From contig NZ_JAQNDL010000004.1 of NCBI RefSeq assembly GCF_028368995.1, positions 256,001 through 320,000 on the forward strand: DNA of 64,000 nucleotides, in the 5' to 3' direction. The position numbers were made by a program, and so were the translations under genes. Each line of letters opens with the position of its first letter. Position 1 is the stretch's first letter. The stretch comes from Nannocystis bainbridge (GTDB lineage Bacteria; Myxococcota_A; Polyangia; Nannocystales; Nannocystaceae). The notes beneath the pieces are model-generated. The model was given only the letters and a program-made list of their open reading frames with translations. It was not told the origin of the DNA and searched no databases. Below are positions 30,933-44,561 of this stretch, in pieces.

Positions 30933-31056
30933 GCTGTCCTTCGGGACATGTTGCGGGCGGCCGAGGGGCGAGAGAGCGCGCGGGCCGGGGCTGCCTCTCG
31001 GGACAGGTCATGGGGCGGGGGCGAGCCGGGGACGGCGGCTGTCTCTCGGGGCAGGT
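30933..31056. repeat. three 14-bp-phased doublets (GCTGTCCTTCGGGACATG-like)
   Basis: Core pairs 30933/30947, 30990/31004, 31038/31052. Confidence 0.8.
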
Positions 31057-31070
31057 TGGGGCCGCGCGGG

Positions 31071-31910
31071 TCAGCGGGCGGGGTCGAGCGATTGCAGGCG
31101 CAGCTCCTGCTTCTGCGCCCTCGTCTTGTTGCGGTCGTAGTTGAAGAGGGCGTCGTCCCACGAGCCGTACATCGGGTTCGGGATGACGAACCACCGCGCG
31201 CCCCACCAGGCGGCGTGCTCGCGCACGAGGCCGGCGCGCTCGGCCAGGGTGGCGTGGTCCTTGTCGACGAAATCGAACAGGTTGTCGCCGAACATGAGGA
31301 CGATGCGGTGCGTCTTGGCGACCTCGGCGCGGCGCGGGCTCTTCTCCTTCCAGCCGCGCTCGGGGTCGCGGAAGTAGAAGGTGTCGAGGTTGGCAGTGTC
31401 GGGGAAGCCGAGCCGCGCGAGGTTGTCGCGGGTGGGCTCGGCCTGCGGGAGGTCGCGGTTCGAGACGTAGAAGACGCGCACGCCCTTGCCAGCAGCAGCA
31501 GCGAGGAAGGCGGCGGCGCCCGGGACCCCGGTGGCCTTGCGCTCGTCGATCCAGGCGCCCCAGGTGTCGGGGGCGAACTCGCCGCCGCTGGCGATCAGGC
31601 GGGCCTGGTAGGCGCTGTTGTCGAGCACGGTCTCGTCGACGTCGACGATGATGGCGGGCGGGAGGCCGGCGAAATCACCCTGCTGCTCGACGGCGGCGGT
31701 CCAGGTGGTGTCGGCGAGGGCCCGCTCGAGCGCGGGGCCGGCGGCGCCGTAAGCCTGCAGCGCGGCGGCCTCGTACTCGGCGCTGGTCTGCAGCCAGGCG
31801 ACCGCGAACAACATGTCGTTGGCGGCCCCGCCCGCCGCGACCGGGGTGTGCTTGCAGGCCAGCGGCGCAGCGAGGGCGAGGGCGAGGGCGATGCGAGGCA
31901 GGAGGGACAT
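31071..31910 (-). CDS. class C acid phosphatase / 5'-nucleotidase lipoprotein e(P4) family (HAD)
   Basis: PLAC lipobox; DVDETVLDNS, YVSNR, GDNLFDF, PNPMYGSW. Confidence 0.92.
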   Translation of the reverse strand: MSLLPRIALALALAAPLACKHTPVAAGGAANDMLFAVAWLQTSAEYEAAALQAYGAAGPALERALADTTWTAAVEQQGDFAGLPPAIIVDVDETVLDNSAYQARLIASGGEFAPDTWGAWIDERKATGVPGAAAFLAAAAGKGVRVFYVSNRDLPQAEPTRDNLARLGFPDTANLDTFYFRDPERGWKEKSPRRAEVAKTHRIVLMFGDNLFDFVDKDHATLAERAGLVREHAAWWGARWFVIPNPMYGSWDDALFNYDRNKTRAQKQELRLQSLDPAR

Positions 31911-32058
31911 GGGTGGCCGGAGAGTAGCGGGAAATGGCCGGCAGACCCACGCTGTCGGGCGCCGGGCGAGGCGGAGCGGTGTGACGGCGGTGGGGCCGAA
32001 GCACGACGCGGGCGCTGCGGGATCGTGACGGGCTGCGCGCGAGGGAGGCGCGGCGGTT

Positions 32059-32907
32059 TCAGGCCGGGCGGACGTCGGCGAGGAAGCGCTCGACGCTGGC
32101 GCGCACGGCTTCGCCTTCGCGGCGGCCCATGTCGAAGGCCTTCCGCACGCGCGCGGGGCTGGTGTAGTCCCACTTGTGGATCGGGACCTCTTGCGAGGGC
32201 GCGAGGTAGCGGACGTTGCGGGTGCTCGGGAGCGCTTGCGGGCGGTTGAGGAGCACGAGCACGGCGCCGGCGCGGGCGGTGGGGCCGAGCGCGCGCACGG
32301 GGGCGGGGTCGACGAGGCAGCCGTCGAAGTAGATGCGATCGGCGGCGCGCAGGACAGGGGTCACCGGCGGGCTGGCCGAGGAGCGCATGACTCGCTCGGA
32401 CAGCTCGGCGACGTCGGTGGCCTCGTGGGCGGTGTCGACCTCGGCGAGGATGCCAGGGTGCGGGACGTCGGGGCCGTGAAGCTGGCCGCGGCGGCGCCTG
32501 TCGGCGTAGGCCCACCAGGCGCTGGCGACGGTGGGGACGACGCGCCAGCCGGGGGCGACGCAGGCCTGGAGGATCCGTACGCGCGGAGCGTCGACGAGGC
32601 GCCGCAAGCTGGCGCCGTCGAGCAGCTCCTTCATGGTGGCGCGGTACATGGCCTCCTGCGGGAAGGCGGGACGGCCGAGGATGAGGCGCTCGGGGTAGAC
32701 GTTGCGCGGGTTGACGGCGGTGCGGGCGCTGAAGGCGGTGACGAGGGCCTCCTCGAGGTCGAGCGCGGCGGCCAGCGCCATGGCAGCGCCGGCCGAGACG
32801 CCCGCGAGCTCGACGGTGGTGCCGAGCTCGCGCAGGGCGGCGTAAGCCCCGAGCGCCCAGAAGGTCCGACAGCCGCCGCCCGCGAACACGACCGAAAACT
32901 CGCGCAT
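32059..32907 (-). CDS. patatin-like phospholipase
   Basis: GGGCR oxyanion motif, GVSAG nucleophile elbow, FDGC. Confidence 0.85.
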   Translation of the reverse strand: MREFSVVFAGGGCRTFWALGAYAALRELGTTVELAGVSAGAAMALAAALDLEEALVTAFSARTAVNPRNVYPERLILGRPAFPQEAMYRATMKELLDGASLRRLVDAPRVRILQACVAPGWRVVPTVASAWWAYADRRRRGQLHGPDVPHPGILAEVDTAHEATDVAELSERVMRSSASPPVTPVLRAADRIYFDGCLVDPAPVRALGPTARAGAVLVLLNRPQALPSTRNVRYLAPSQEVPIHKWDYTSPARVRKAFDMGRREGEAVRASVERFLADVRPA

Positions 32908-33094
32908 GGGCGGCAGCTAACACCGGGGCGCGGCGCGGTCAAGGGGACGGCGGCGAAGGGCGATGCGGGCTGCGCCGGACGATGCGCGCGATGGCGTGGA
33001 TGCGAGCGAGCAGCGGGCGGGGCCGGCGATCGTGAAGCGTCGCGCGGCGCGGCGAGGCGAGTGATGCGGAGGCCAGTGACATTGAACTTCGACA

Positions 33095-33585
33095 GGCGTG
33101 ATGCGAGTCGACGAAGCTTCAGCATCGACGACGAGAGTTGCGGGCGCCAGTGACGCGACGACATGGCCTTCGCACGTAGGATGCGAATCGGTGAGGGCTC
33201 GAGCCGCGACGACAGGAGGCGCTGGAGGTCCGCGATGCAAACGCGAGCGACGAGCGCGGCGCTCCAGCATCTAAGACGGGAGGTGCGGGAGGTCGGCGAT
33301 GCGATCGCTAACGATGAGGCGCGCGGAGAGAATCGGTGAGGCTCAGCATCGCGAAAGGTCGGCGATGCGGCATCGAACCTCGGAGCACGTGATGCGAATC
33401 GGTGGGGCTCCCGTATTGGGGTGCGGATGTCGGCGACGCGACATCGAAACTCGATTGCACGATGTGAATCGACGGGGCTCCCCATCGAGGCGCGTGAGGT
33501 CGGCGACGCGGCATCGAACCTCGGAGCGCGTGATGCGAAGCGGCTCCGCTCCGACATCGCGGCGCGGAGGTCAGCGATGGGGCAC
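33095..33585. repeat. degenerate ~64-71-bp tandem repeat array
   Basis: GGTCGGCGA-like anchors at 33227, 33291, 33357, 33428, 33498, 33569; GATGCGAATCG-like anchors at 33100, 33180, 33391, 33461, 33532. Confidence 0.8.
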
Positions 33586-33649
33586 GCAACCCCTCGACGT
33601 TTGCGCGCGTGACAATGTCTTCGGCGCGAGGGGTCACGCCGAGCTGCGA

Positions 33650-35745
<2,096 letters not shown>

Positions 35746-36603
35746 TCAGTCGCGCGCGGCCGTCAGGTAGTACTGCCACGGGGTCGGGGAGGTGAGCACC
35801 ACCTTCGAGCGGTAGTCGCTCGCGGTGATCGAGGTGCTGGTGTACACGACCCACTCGTTGGGGGTCATGGAGATGCTCGTGCCCGAGACCACGCCCCACA
35901 CGTTGGCCAGCGACTCGACCTGGACCTGCCAGTCCCAGTCCTCGTTGCACGTGGTGCCGCCGAGCCACCGCTGACCCGCGACGCCGGTGTGGGCGTACGC
36001 GAGGGAGGCGCTGGCGTAGCTCGAGGCGCAGGCGTCATACCCGCCCTGGTTGGCGTCGATGTCCGGGCAGAAGGCTTGCGACCAGGCGTAACAAGTGACG
36101 GTGACGTGCAGCCCGTCGACGGTCTGGGCGAACAGCGGCTCGGGGGCGCGGGCGGCGAAGGCCTCGACCGCCGCGGGGACCAGCGCGCCTTGCTCGAGCC
36201 GGAACGCGCGCGGGGTCGGGGAGGCGGCGAGCCGGGCGTGGTCCTCCCACAGCCGCGCCGGGGCGTCGTTCTCGGGCGCGAGCGCCAGGTACAGCTCGAG
36301 CGGCGTCAGCTCGAGCGAGTGCACCGCCTCGGCGAAGCGCGGGATCCCGAGCGCCAGCATGCCGATGCCGCCGTCGGCGATCGAGACCCGCTCGTCGACG
36401 AAGCGCACGCGCACGCCTTCGGCCAGGACGAGCTCGTCGAGGATGGCGTCGGCGTCGTCGGCGTCGGCGACGAGCGCCTCGTCGGCGACGGCATCGGCCG
36501 CTTCGACGACTTCGGGGCCGCTGTCCACGTCACACGCCATTGTCGTCAGCGCGCCGAGAGCCATCAATGTCAGGGTGTATGCATTCGTCCGATTGGTCTT
36601 CAT
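35746..36603 (-). CDS. hypothetical lipoprotein
   Basis: MKTNRTNAYTLTLMALGALTTMAC lipobox; LTPLELYLAL segment; Cys-paired C-domain. Confidence 0.75.
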   Translation of the reverse strand: MKTNRTNAYTLTLMALGALTTMACDVDSGPEVVEAADAVADEALVADADDADAILDELVLAEGVRVRFVDERVSIADGGIGMLALGIPRFAEAVHSLELTPLELYLALAPENDAPARLWEDHARLAASPTPRAFRLEQGALVPAAVEAFAARAPEPLFAQTVDGLHVTVTCYAWSQAFCPDIDANQGGYDACASSYASASLAYAHTGVAGQRWLGGTTCNEDWDWQVQVESLANVWGVVSGTSISMTPNEWVVYTSTSITASDYRSKVVLTSPTPWQYYLTAARD

Positions 36604-36839
36604 GATCGTAGGTCCGTCGTTCGCGGTGCATCGAACGCGGTCGGCGCGGGACATCCGCGCTGGGCTCGTCGATGCTTCCATGGACGGAGCTCGCATCAGC
36701 AAGCGACGGGCCCGCGAATTTGTCGTGGAGTTCCGCGAACCGGCGGCGCGGAGTCAGCGCGGGAGCCCCCTCGCTGCCCCGGGGTGCCCCGGGGTGCCCC
36801 ATGGGGCCGCGGGCGCGCCCTTGCGAGCGACGAATGCCC

Positions 36840-37442
36840 TCACTCGGCGGCGCGCTGGAACGCGGGCCGCTGGCGCAGGCGGGCCAGGTAGGCCTCGGCG
36901 ACCGTGGCTCCGCGCAGCTGGCCGCAGGTGTCGGCCCATTCGAGCAGGCCGCCGAGGACGATGTCGGCGACCGTGAATTGCTCGCCGAGGATCCAGCCGC
37001 CGGCGATGCGATCGCCGACGAGGTCGAGGTAGCGGCGCAGGGCGGCCCGCTCGTCGTCGGTGGCGGTGCCGCGGCGCAGCTCGGGCGGGCGCGGGAAGGC
37101 GCGCAGGTAGGGGCCGTGCACGACGCTGTCGAGGTTCGTCATGCTGAAGAGGATCCATTGATAGTAGTGCGCGCGGGCGATCGTGCCCTCCGCCGGGACC
37201 AGGCGCCGCTCGGGGTCCTTCTCGCCGACGTACATGCAGATCGCGGCCGATTCGAGCACGACCTGATCGCCGTCGACGAGCGCGGGGATGCTGCCGAGCG
37301 GATGGACCTTGAGGTAATCGGCCGACTTGTGCTCGGCCCGCGCGAGGCTGAGGCGGACGAGCTCGTGCGGCAGTCCGGCCTCCTCCAGGGCCCAGCGGCA
37401 GCGAAAGGCCGAGGTCATGGCGGCGTAGTAGAGCCTGAGCAT
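36840..37442 (-). CDS. glutathione S-transferase
   Basis: HPLGSIPALVDG..VLESAAI, FTVADI. Confidence 0.92.
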   Translation of the reverse strand: MLRLYYAAMTSAFRCRWALEEAGLPHELVRLSLARAEHKSADYLKVHPLGSIPALVDGDQVVLESAAICMYVGEKDPERRLVPAEGTIARAHYYQWILFSMTNLDSVVHGPYLRAFPRPPELRRGTATDDERAALRRYLDLVGDRIAGGWILGEQFTVADIVLGGLLEWADTCGQLRGATVAEAYLARLRQRPAFQRAAE

Positions 37443-37461
37443 GATCGCAGGATACCCGGTT

Positions 37462-40400
37462 TCACGCGCTCGCGGGCGCGGCCGGGCCCGCGGCCGGGAG
37501 CTCGATCGTGAACACGGAGCCCTGTCCCGGGGTGCTGACGACCGAGACGCGGCCGCCCAGCAGCTCGCACAGGCGCCGGGTGATCGTCAGCCCGAGGCCG
37601 GTGCCGCCGGCGCGCCGGGCGGCGGAGCTGTCGGCCTGATGGAAGGCCTCGAACACGCGCTGGGTCTCCTCGGCGGTCATGCCGATGCCGGTGTCGTCGA
37701 CGGCGAACACCATGCGCTCGCCGTCGCGGCGCACCCGCAGGCTGACGGTGCCGGCCTGGGTGAACTTGGCGGCGTTGCTGAGCAGGTTGAGCAGCACCTG
37801 GCGCAGGCGCACCGGGTCGCTGTGCATGTCGCCGAGGTCGTCCGCGACCTCGACGACGAAGTCGTTGGCGGCGCGCTGCATCAAGGGCCGCACGGCCTCG
37901 GCGACCTCGTGGACCAGCGGGGCGACGGCGAACGACTGCAGGCTGATCTCGAGCTTGTCGGCCTCGATCTTCGACAGGTCGAGGATGTCGCTGATGACCC
38001 CGAGCAGGTGCGAGCCGGCGCGCTGGACCCGGCCGATGTCGGCCTGCAGCTCGCCGTCGCCGCGGTCCTCGGCGACCTCGGCGAGCAGCTCGGCGTAGCC
38101 GATGATCGCGTTGAGCGGGGTGCGCAGCTCGTGGCTCATGTTGGCGAGGAAGGTGCTCTTGGCCCGGCTGGCCGACTCGGCGGCCTCGCGCGCCTCCTGC
38201 AGGCGGGCGACCAGGCGCGCGTGCTCGATCGAGGTGGCGATCTGCGAGCTGAGGAGGTGGAGCGTCTCGATGCGCGCGGGGGTGAAGGCGCCGGCGGTGA
38301 CGCGGTTCTCGAGGTAGAGCGCGCCGAGCCGCTGGCCCCGGAGCACCAGCGGCAGGCACACCAGCGACTGTGGGCGCAGCTCGGCGAACACCGGGTCGGC
38401 GGCCAGCGCGGCGGCGATGTCGGGGTCGTCGAGGGTGACGATCTCGCCTGTCCGAAAGGCCAGGCGAATGGGGACCGCGGGGACGCGCGGGCTGGCCTCG
38501 AGCGGCTGGAGGGCCAGCTGGGTGCGGGCGTCGCCGTCGGCCGCGAACTCGCCGACGACGGCGAGGCCGTGGTGCTCCTGCAGCACGAGCACGCCGCGGC
38601 TGGCGCCGGCGGTGAGCACGACGATCCGCATGACGGTGTGGATCAGGTCCTCGAACCGCAGCTCGGCGGCGAACGCCTGCGAGGCGCGCAGGACGCTGCG
38701 GAGGTCGAGCTCGGCCTGGGCGGCGCGCGGGACGAAGGCGGCCATGGGCTCGAGCGCGGCGGCGTGGGGCAGCTCGCGCCGCAGCTGCGCGGCCTTGGGG
38801 TGCGCGCCCCAGCGGGCGTAGCGCTCGCTGGCGTCGCGCAGCAGCATCTGGCTGACGTGGGTCCTGCCGATCGCGGCGTAGTAGCGACCCGCGAGCTCGG
38901 CGGCGAGGGCGGCGTGCCAGGCGAAGCCGTGGTCGACGGCGAGGCGGAGCGCCTGGTCGTAGGCGACGCCGGCGCCGTCGTGGTCGCCGCACAGGCGCGC
39001 GCGCTCGGCCTCGACGAGGCGGGCGCGGTGCTCGTAGGTCTCGGGCGCGGACTCGGACCACTCGACGAGCTGCTCGTGGAACGGATCGATCCAGCGGCGC
39101 AGGGCCTCGTCGCGGGCGATCGAGCGGCCGGCGGCGGCGGCGGCGACGAGGGCGCCGAACAGCGGCAGCTCGGTGGTGAAGTAGAAGCCGTAGCCGGCCT
39201 GAATCCCGGGGCCGACCTCTTCGAGCAAGGCGAGCGCCTCCTCGGTGCGGCCGAACAGCACGCCGAGCTGGAGGCGGGCGAGGTAGTACCAGCGCAGCGC
39301 GAAGGTCAGGCTGTCGCGGCGCAGGCGCTCGCAGAAGGAGGTCTCGTCGAAGCCGGGGTCCGACAGGGCGTGCGGGGCGACGGTGTCGCCGACCAGGGCG
39401 GCGACGAATTGACGGGCGACGGTCAGCACGGCTCGCGAGGAGGCGACGCGGGTCCGCTCCATCAGCAGCAGCGCCTCGTCGGCCGCGGCCGCGACCTCGG
39501 CCAGCGGGCGCCCGAGGCTCAACATGGCGATGATCTGGTGGCTGCAGGCGAAGGATAAATAGTTGTAGTCGCCCGACTCGAGGCCGTCGCGGCGCGAGCG
39601 CTGGAGGTCCTCGACGACCTCGACGAGCGGGCGCGAGAAGTGGGTGTAGGAGGCGAACACGAAGCCGAGCCGGCAGCGCAGCTCGGGGCTGCCGCGGCGC
39701 TCGTTGAGCTCGCGGGCGAACCGCCCGAACGCCTCGGCCTCGCCGTAGCTGCGGCGCACGGTGGCGAGGAAGAAGCCGAAGATCACGTAGGTGAAGGCCG
39801 AGAGGTCGGTGTGGCCGTGATCGATGGTGATCCGCACCTGCTTGGTGATGAGCAGGGCGTAGAGGTCCGGCATCGTCATGTTGGCCGGCGTGAGCAGCTC
39901 TTGCAGGATCTCGAGCGCGGCCCGATGACCGGGGTCCTGCAGCGGCGGGGCGTCCATCAGCGCGAGGAAGGGCCGGCTCGAGAGGTCGTCATGCAGCGCC
40001 GACAGCTCGCTGGCGATCGCGGCCCGGCGCGCGTCCTCGCCTTCGGGCAGGTCGACGCCGAGCAGCCGCAGGCCCTCGCGCCCGGCCTCGATCGCGGCGT
40101 GGATCCGGCCGGCGGTGACGTGCACGGTGACGCGCAGCGCCTGCACGTGGGCTCGCTCGCGCGTGGAGAGCTCGCGGTCGGCGAGGGCGTCGAGGCAGGC
40201 GTCGGCGCGGTCGATGGCGCCGCGCAGGTACTCGCAGGTGGCGCGCTCGAACTGCAGATCGAAGCCGAGCGGATCGCCGGGGACCCAGGTCGCGACGTCG
40301 ACGGGCGATACGCCGTCGGACGGGTCGCCGAGCAGCAGCAGGCCGCCGAGGACGTGGGCGAGCGCGGCGTCGTGGCTGGTGCTGGCGCGGGCGCGGCGGG

Positions 40401-42609
40401 CGGCCTGCAGGTGGAGCTCGGCGGCGCGGCGGCGCAGGGCGGGGTCGTGAAGGCGCGGCTCGGCGCGGCGGAGGTGAGCGACCCGATCGAACAGGACCTC
40501 GCTGGCGTCGCCGCCGTCGCGCGCGAGCAGGACGTGGGCGATGGCGAGGTGCAGCGCGGGGCGATCGTCGGGGTCGACCAGGGCGTCGGCGGTCTGGCGC
40601 ACGCGGTCGTGGAAGAAGCGCATGAGGCCGGGGCCGGCGGCGGCGACGAGGTCGAGGTCGAGGGCGGGGCGCAGGCGCACGACGGCCTCGTCGCGGTCGC
40701 AGCCGAGGACGCTGGCGAGCAGGGCGAGGTCGAAGCGAGCGCCGATGCAGGCGGCGACCTTCAGGGCCTGCAGGGTGGGCGCGGGCAGCTTGCGCAGGGT
40801 GGCGCCGAACAGGTCGGCGACGGTCTCGGGCACGCTGGCGGCGTCGACCCCGGCGAGGGCCCAGGTCCAGGCGCCGGCGGCGGCGTCGAAGCGCAGGCGG
40901 GCCTCGCGGTGGAGGAAGCGCAGGTACTCGCGCACGAACAGCGGGTTGCCGCCGGTGCGCCGCAGCAGCTCGTCGGCGAGCGGGCGCACGGGACCGCCGC
41001 CGAGCACGTCGCGCAGCAGGTGCTCGACCTCGTCGACGCCGAGCGAGCCGAGCGCGACCTCCACCGGCGCCGGCGTGAGGCCGCGCAGCGCGGTCAGGTG
41101 GGCGTGCAGCGGCGTACCGGGCGCGGCCTCGTTGTCGCGGAAGGCCTCGATCAGCAGCAGGTGGCGGACCTCGACGCTGGCCGCCAGGGCCTCGCACAGG
41201 CGCAGGCTGGCGGCGTCGGCCCACTGCACGTCGTCGAGGAACAGCACGAGCGGGCAGTCGGCGGCGGCGAAGCAGGCGACGAAGCGCTGCAGGGTCAGCT
41301 GCAGCCGCTGCAGCCGCTCGCCGGCCGACAGCGGGGCGGGCGGGGGCTGGGCGCCGACGATCGCCTGCAGCTCGGGCAAGAGCTCGGCGATGACCGGCAG
41401 GCCAGGGCCGACGCCGCGCCGCAGCCGCTCGCGCCACTTCGCGACCTCGGACTCGCGGCCCGAGAGCGCGTGCCGCAACAGGCCGCCGAACGCCTGGGAC
41501 AGGGCCGAGAACGGCTCGCTGCTGCGCTGCGGCTCGAACTTGCCGGCGGCGAAGCGGGCCCGCTCGGCCAGCTCGCCGGCCAGCTCCTGCACCAGCGCCG
41601 TCTTGCCGCCGCCCGAGGGCGCTGCCAGCAGGCACACGGCGCTGTCGCCCTCGCTCGCGCGGGTGAAGGCCTGCCGCAGCCGCAGCAGCGCCTCGTCGCG
41701 CCCGTAGAGGCTGTCGGGCAGGCGCAGCGGCGCGTCGCGGCGGGGCTCGAACGGGGCGCCCTCGGGGTGGGCGCAGGCGGCCCGCAGGTCGAGCAGCAAT
41801 GCCGCGGCGCTGGCGTAGCGGTCCTCGCGGTTCTTGGCCAGCAGCGTGTGCACGATCGCCGCCAGCGCCGGCGAGACCGTCGGCGCCATGTCCTTCAGCG
41901 GCGCGGGCAGGCGGGTCAGGTGGGCGTGCAGCAGCTCGAGCGGATCGTCGTCGACGAACGGCGGGGCGCCGCTCAGCAGGGCGTAGAGCACCGCGCCGAG
42001 CGCGTAGAGGTCGGCGCGCGCGTCGGGCGGGTGACGCGTGCGGCCGCTCTGCTCGGGCGCGAGGAAGCCGATCGGACCCGTCAGCGCGTCGGCCGGCGCC
42101 GGCCCGATCGCGCCGGCCACCTCGGCGCGCGCGAGCTCGCCGAGCTTGACCGTCCCGCTCGAGTCGATCCAGATGGCCGCGGGGCTCAGGCCGGCGTGGA
42201 TCGCCCCGGCCGCGTGCACGCGCACCAGCGTCTCCGTCACCGCGATCGCAAGGGCCAGCGTCGCCGCCTCGTCGCGCCAGCGCGGATCTTCGACGCGGAC
42301 CGGCACCCCGGCGAAGGGCTCGTAGATCAGGGCCAGCCGCGAGCCGTGCCACTCGAGCCCGGGAGTCTGAAGAATGCCCGGATCGGCGAGCACCCCCGCG
42401 ACGGCGTGCTCCCGCTCGAGCTCGGCGAAGACGCCCGCGCCGGCGTCGCCGATGGACAGCTTGAGCAGCATGAGCGTGCCGTCCTCGCGAGTGGCGCGTA
42501 CGACCTGCCATTGCGGAGTCGCGACGAGCGACTCGACGACGCGAAATCCCGGCATGCCCAGGCGCTCTTCGGCTCGGCGTTCGTGCACGCGGAACCCCGA
42601 TTGTGCCAT
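37462..42609 (-). CDS. hybrid pseudokinase - AAA ATPase - TPR-like - GAF - histidine kinase
   Basis: APEQSGR/DLYALG kinase C-lobe; APSGGGKT and FLDDVQWAD; LYLEN GAF; [30 protein letters not shown]; start uncertain (42630/42609/42555). Confidence 0.9.
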   Translation of the reverse strand: MAQSGFRVHERRAEERLGMPGFRVVESLVATPQWQVVRATREDGTLMLLKLSIGDAGAGVFAELEREHAVAGVLADPGILQTPGLEWHGSRLALIYEPFAGVPVRVEDPRWRDEAATLALAIAVTETLVRVHAAGAIHAGLSPAAIWIDSSGTVKLGELARAEVAGAIGPAPADALTGPIGFLAPEQSGRTRHPPDARADLYALGAVLYALLSGAPPFVDDDPLELLHAHLTRLPAPLKDMAPTVSPALAAIVHTLLAKNREDRYASAAALLLDLRAACAHPEGAPFEPRRDAPLRLPDSLYGRDEALLRLRQAFTRASEGDSAVCLLAAPSGGGKTALVQELAGELAERARFAAGKFEPQRSSEPFSALSQAFGGLLRHALSGRESEVAKWRERLRRGVGPGLPVIAELLPELQAIVGAQPPPAPLSAGERLQRLQLTLQRFVACFAAADCPLVLFLDDVQWADAASLRLCEALAASVEVRHLLLIEAFRDNEAAPGTPLHAHLTALRGLTPAPVEVALGSLGVDEVEHLLRDVLGGGPVRPLADELLRRTGGNPLFVREYLRFLHREARLRFDAAAGAWTWALAGVDAASVPETVADLFGATLRKLPAPTLQALKVAACIGARFDLALLASVLGCDRDEAVVRLRPALDLDLVAAAGPGLMRFFHDRVRQTADALVDPDDRPALHLAIAHVLLARDGGDASEVLFDRVAHLRRAEPRLHDPALRRRAAELHLQAARRARASTSHDAALAHVLGGLLLLGDPSDGVSPVDVATWVPGDPLGFDLQFERATCEYLRGAIDRADACLDALADRELSTRERAHVQALRVTVHVTAGRIHAAIEAGREGLRLLGVDLPEGEDARRAAIASELSALHDDLSSRPFLALMDAPPLQDPGHRAALEILQELLTPANMTMPDLYALLITKQVRITIDHGHTDLSAFTYVIFGFFLATVRRSYGEAEAFGRFARELNERRGSPELRCRLGFVFASYTHFSRPLVEVVEDLQRSRRDGLESGDYNYLSFACSHQIIAMLSLGRPLAEVAAAADEALLLMERTRVASSRAVLTVARQFVAALVGDTVAPHALSDPGFDETSFCERLRRDSLTFALRWYYLARLQLGVLFGRTEEALALLEEVGPGIQAGYGFYFTTELPLFGALVAAAAAGRSIARDEALRRWIDPFHEQLVEWSESAPETYEHRARLVEAERARLCGDHDGAGVAYDQALRLAVDHGFAWHAALAAELAGRYYAAIGRTHVSQMLLRDASERYARWGAHPKAAQLRRELPHAAALEPMAAFVPRAAQAELDLRSVLRASQAFAAELRFEDLIHTVMRIVVLTAGASRGVLVLQEHHGLAVVGEFAADGDARTQLALQPLEASPRVPAVPIRLAFRTGEIVTLDDPDIAAALAADPVFAELRPQSLVCLPLVLRGQRLGALYLENRVTAGAFTPARIETLHLLSSQIATSIEHARLVARLQEAREAAESASRAKSTFLANMSHELRTPLNAIIGYAELLAEVAEDRGDGELQADIGRVQRAGSHLLGVISDILDLSKIEADKLEISLQSFAVAPLVHEVAEAVRPLMQRAANDFVVEVADDLGDMHSDPVRLRQVLLNLLSNAAKFTQAGTVSLRVRRDGERMVFAVDDTGIGMTAEETQRVFEAFHQADSSAARRAGGTGLGLTITRRLCELLGGRVSVVSTPGQGSVFTIELPAAGPAAPASA

Positions 42610-42924
42610 GGAAGGCCCGCCCGCATGCATCGGCGGCGCGGCCGCCAGCAGGTTTGCCGGGCGGGGCTCACGGGGGCGCTACGGCCGAGCCCGAGGCGGG
42701 GGCGACGAACCCGAGCGCGCGTGGGCAGATATTGCTGTCGCATACGTCGGCCGGGGTCCCACCTGCGTGGCCCGATCGCGGCGGAGGTGCCCCGGTGGCG
42801 CGAAATGTGGCCCGCGGACGCGCATGGCGAATACGAGCGCGGCGCGGTTTGGCCCCGAATCGTGGCACTCGGGACTCGTTGCATTCATCGGCCCGCGGAG
42901 CGGGTGCATGCGATCGGCCGATCG

Positions 42925-44427
42925 CTACAGCCGGAGCACGGTGACGCCCTTGCCGTCGGCGACGCCGGCGACGAGGTCGAGGCGACCGTCGCCGTCGAGG
43001 TCGCCGGTGACGAGCAACCCGGGCGAGGTGTCGGCGGCGACCTCGAGCACGATCTCGCAGGTGAAGCCGCCGAGGCCGTCGCCGACCAGCACGGCGACGT
43101 CGTCCGAGCCGGTCGCGGCCACGAGATCGAGGGCGCCGTCGGCGGTGACGTCGGCGAAATGCCCGCCCGTCAGCGGCGAGGCGGTGGTGTAGAGGTCCGG
43201 TCGCTCGCGCCAGCCGTCGGCGTCGAGGCTGGTCCACACGTGGGCCCACCCGCCGAATTGGTCGGGGCGGACGATCGCCAGCTCGGCGGCGCCAGATCCG
43301 TCGAGGTCGGCCGCGAGCGCCGGGCCCCACACGCTGGTGTCGATCGAGAATTCACGCACGAGGCTCCACGAGGCGGCCGGATCGCCGCGCAGCAGCCTGA
43401 GGCCGAGGCGCGTGACCGTCGGCGTCAGGAGGTCGGGCACGCCGTCGTGGTCGACGTCGACGACGGTGGTCTCGAGCGCGTCGACGAGGTCGGGCACGAA
43501 GGTCTCGCCGGCGAACTCGCCGAGGCCGTCGCCGGACCACACCGACACGCCGAGGAAGACGCCGACGGTGACGAGGTCGGTGTGGCCGTCGAGGTTCACG
43601 TCGGCGGCGGTGACCGTCCACGGCGCGTTCTGACCGGTCAGCACCGGGCCCGGCGTGAACGCGCCGTCCTGGCCGAACAGCAGCACCAGCTCGCCGCTGT
43701 CGGGCGCGGCGACGGCGAGGTCGCTGTCGCCGTCGCCGTCGAGGTCGGCCGCTGTCGCGTGCATCGCCGCCTGCGGCCCGCCGACTTCGACCAGGGTGCC
43801 GCCGGTGAAGCTGCCGGCGCCGTCGTTGAACGCGAGCTCGATCGCGCCGCTCGCCGGCAGCGCGGCGAACAGGTCGAGGTCGCCGTCACCGTCGAGATCG
43901 GCGAGGCCGAACGCGCCGGGGTTGTCCGTGAGGTCCCACTGCGCGGCCCGGATCGGCTGCTGCGCGCATGACGGCAGCGCTTGCGGCAGATCGGCGACGC
44001 AGGCGCTGTCCTCGCAGACGTAGTCGTAGAAGCAGTCGTCGTCGGTGAAGCACTCGTCCCCGGGATCGGGATCCGGATTGCACCGCGGTCGCTGCAGTCC
44101 GGTGGCGTACTGGCAGCACGACTCGACGGGCACGCATTGGCCGGACTGACATTCGTGGCAATAGGAGCAGTCGGCGAACGACTCGCACTCGGGCGCGGGC
44201 CCGCCGGTGTCAGTGGTGTCGGTGGTGCCGGTGGTGCCGGTGCTGGTGGGGCCGGTGCTGGTCGGACCGGACGGATCGACGGTGGTGGTCTCGCCGGCGC
44301 TGCCGGTGTCGGTGTCGGGGCCGTCGGTGGTGGCGGGGGTCGGACCGCAGGCGAGCAGGCCGAGGCCGGCGAGCCAGGCGCGGTCGATGGCGCGCAAGGT
44401 CCAGGTGGGTAACGTTAAGCGACGCAT
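42925..44427 (-). CDS. FG-GAP/VCBS repeat lipoprotein
   Basis: LLAC lipobox, Thr-rich linker, Cys-rich segment, about seven DLDGDGxxD repeats. Confidence 0.87.
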   Translation of the reverse strand: MRRLTLPTWTLRAIDRAWLAGLGLLACGPTPATTDGPDTDTGSAGETTTVDPSGPTSTGPTSTGTTGTTDTTDTGGPAPECESFADCSYCHECQSGQCVPVESCCQYATGLQRPRCNPDPDPGDECFTDDDCFYDYVCEDSACVADLPQALPSCAQQPIRAAQWDLTDNPGAFGLADLDGDGDLDLFAALPASGAIELAFNDGAGSFTGGTLVEVGGPQAAMHATAADLDGDGDSDLAVAAPDSGELVLLFGQDGAFTPGPVLTGQNAPWTVTAADVNLDGHTDLVTVGVFLGVSVWSGDGLGEFAGETFVPDLVDALETTVVDVDHDGVPDLLTPTVTRLGLRLLRGDPAASWSLVREFSIDTSVWGPALAADLDGSGAAELAIVRPDQFGGWAHVWTSLDADGWRERPDLYTTASPLTGGHFADVTADGALDLVAATGSDDVAVLVGDGLGGFTCEIVLEVAADTSPGLLVTGDLDGDGRLDLVAGVADGKGVTVLRL

Positions 44428-44561
44428 GTTCGCCAGCGTCGCACGCGGCGGCGAGCGCGGCAACCACCGCACGATCGAGGGGCCGCGGGCGAACGGCGTC
44501 TCGCGCGAGAGGGGGCTTCCCGGAATCGCGTTCTGCGGCGCATGATGTCGGCGGACGCCGC

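Noticed and set aside
33095-33585. CRISPR array
   Set aside because: Repeats are too degenerate, the 'spacers' are mutually similar, and no cas genes are in the window
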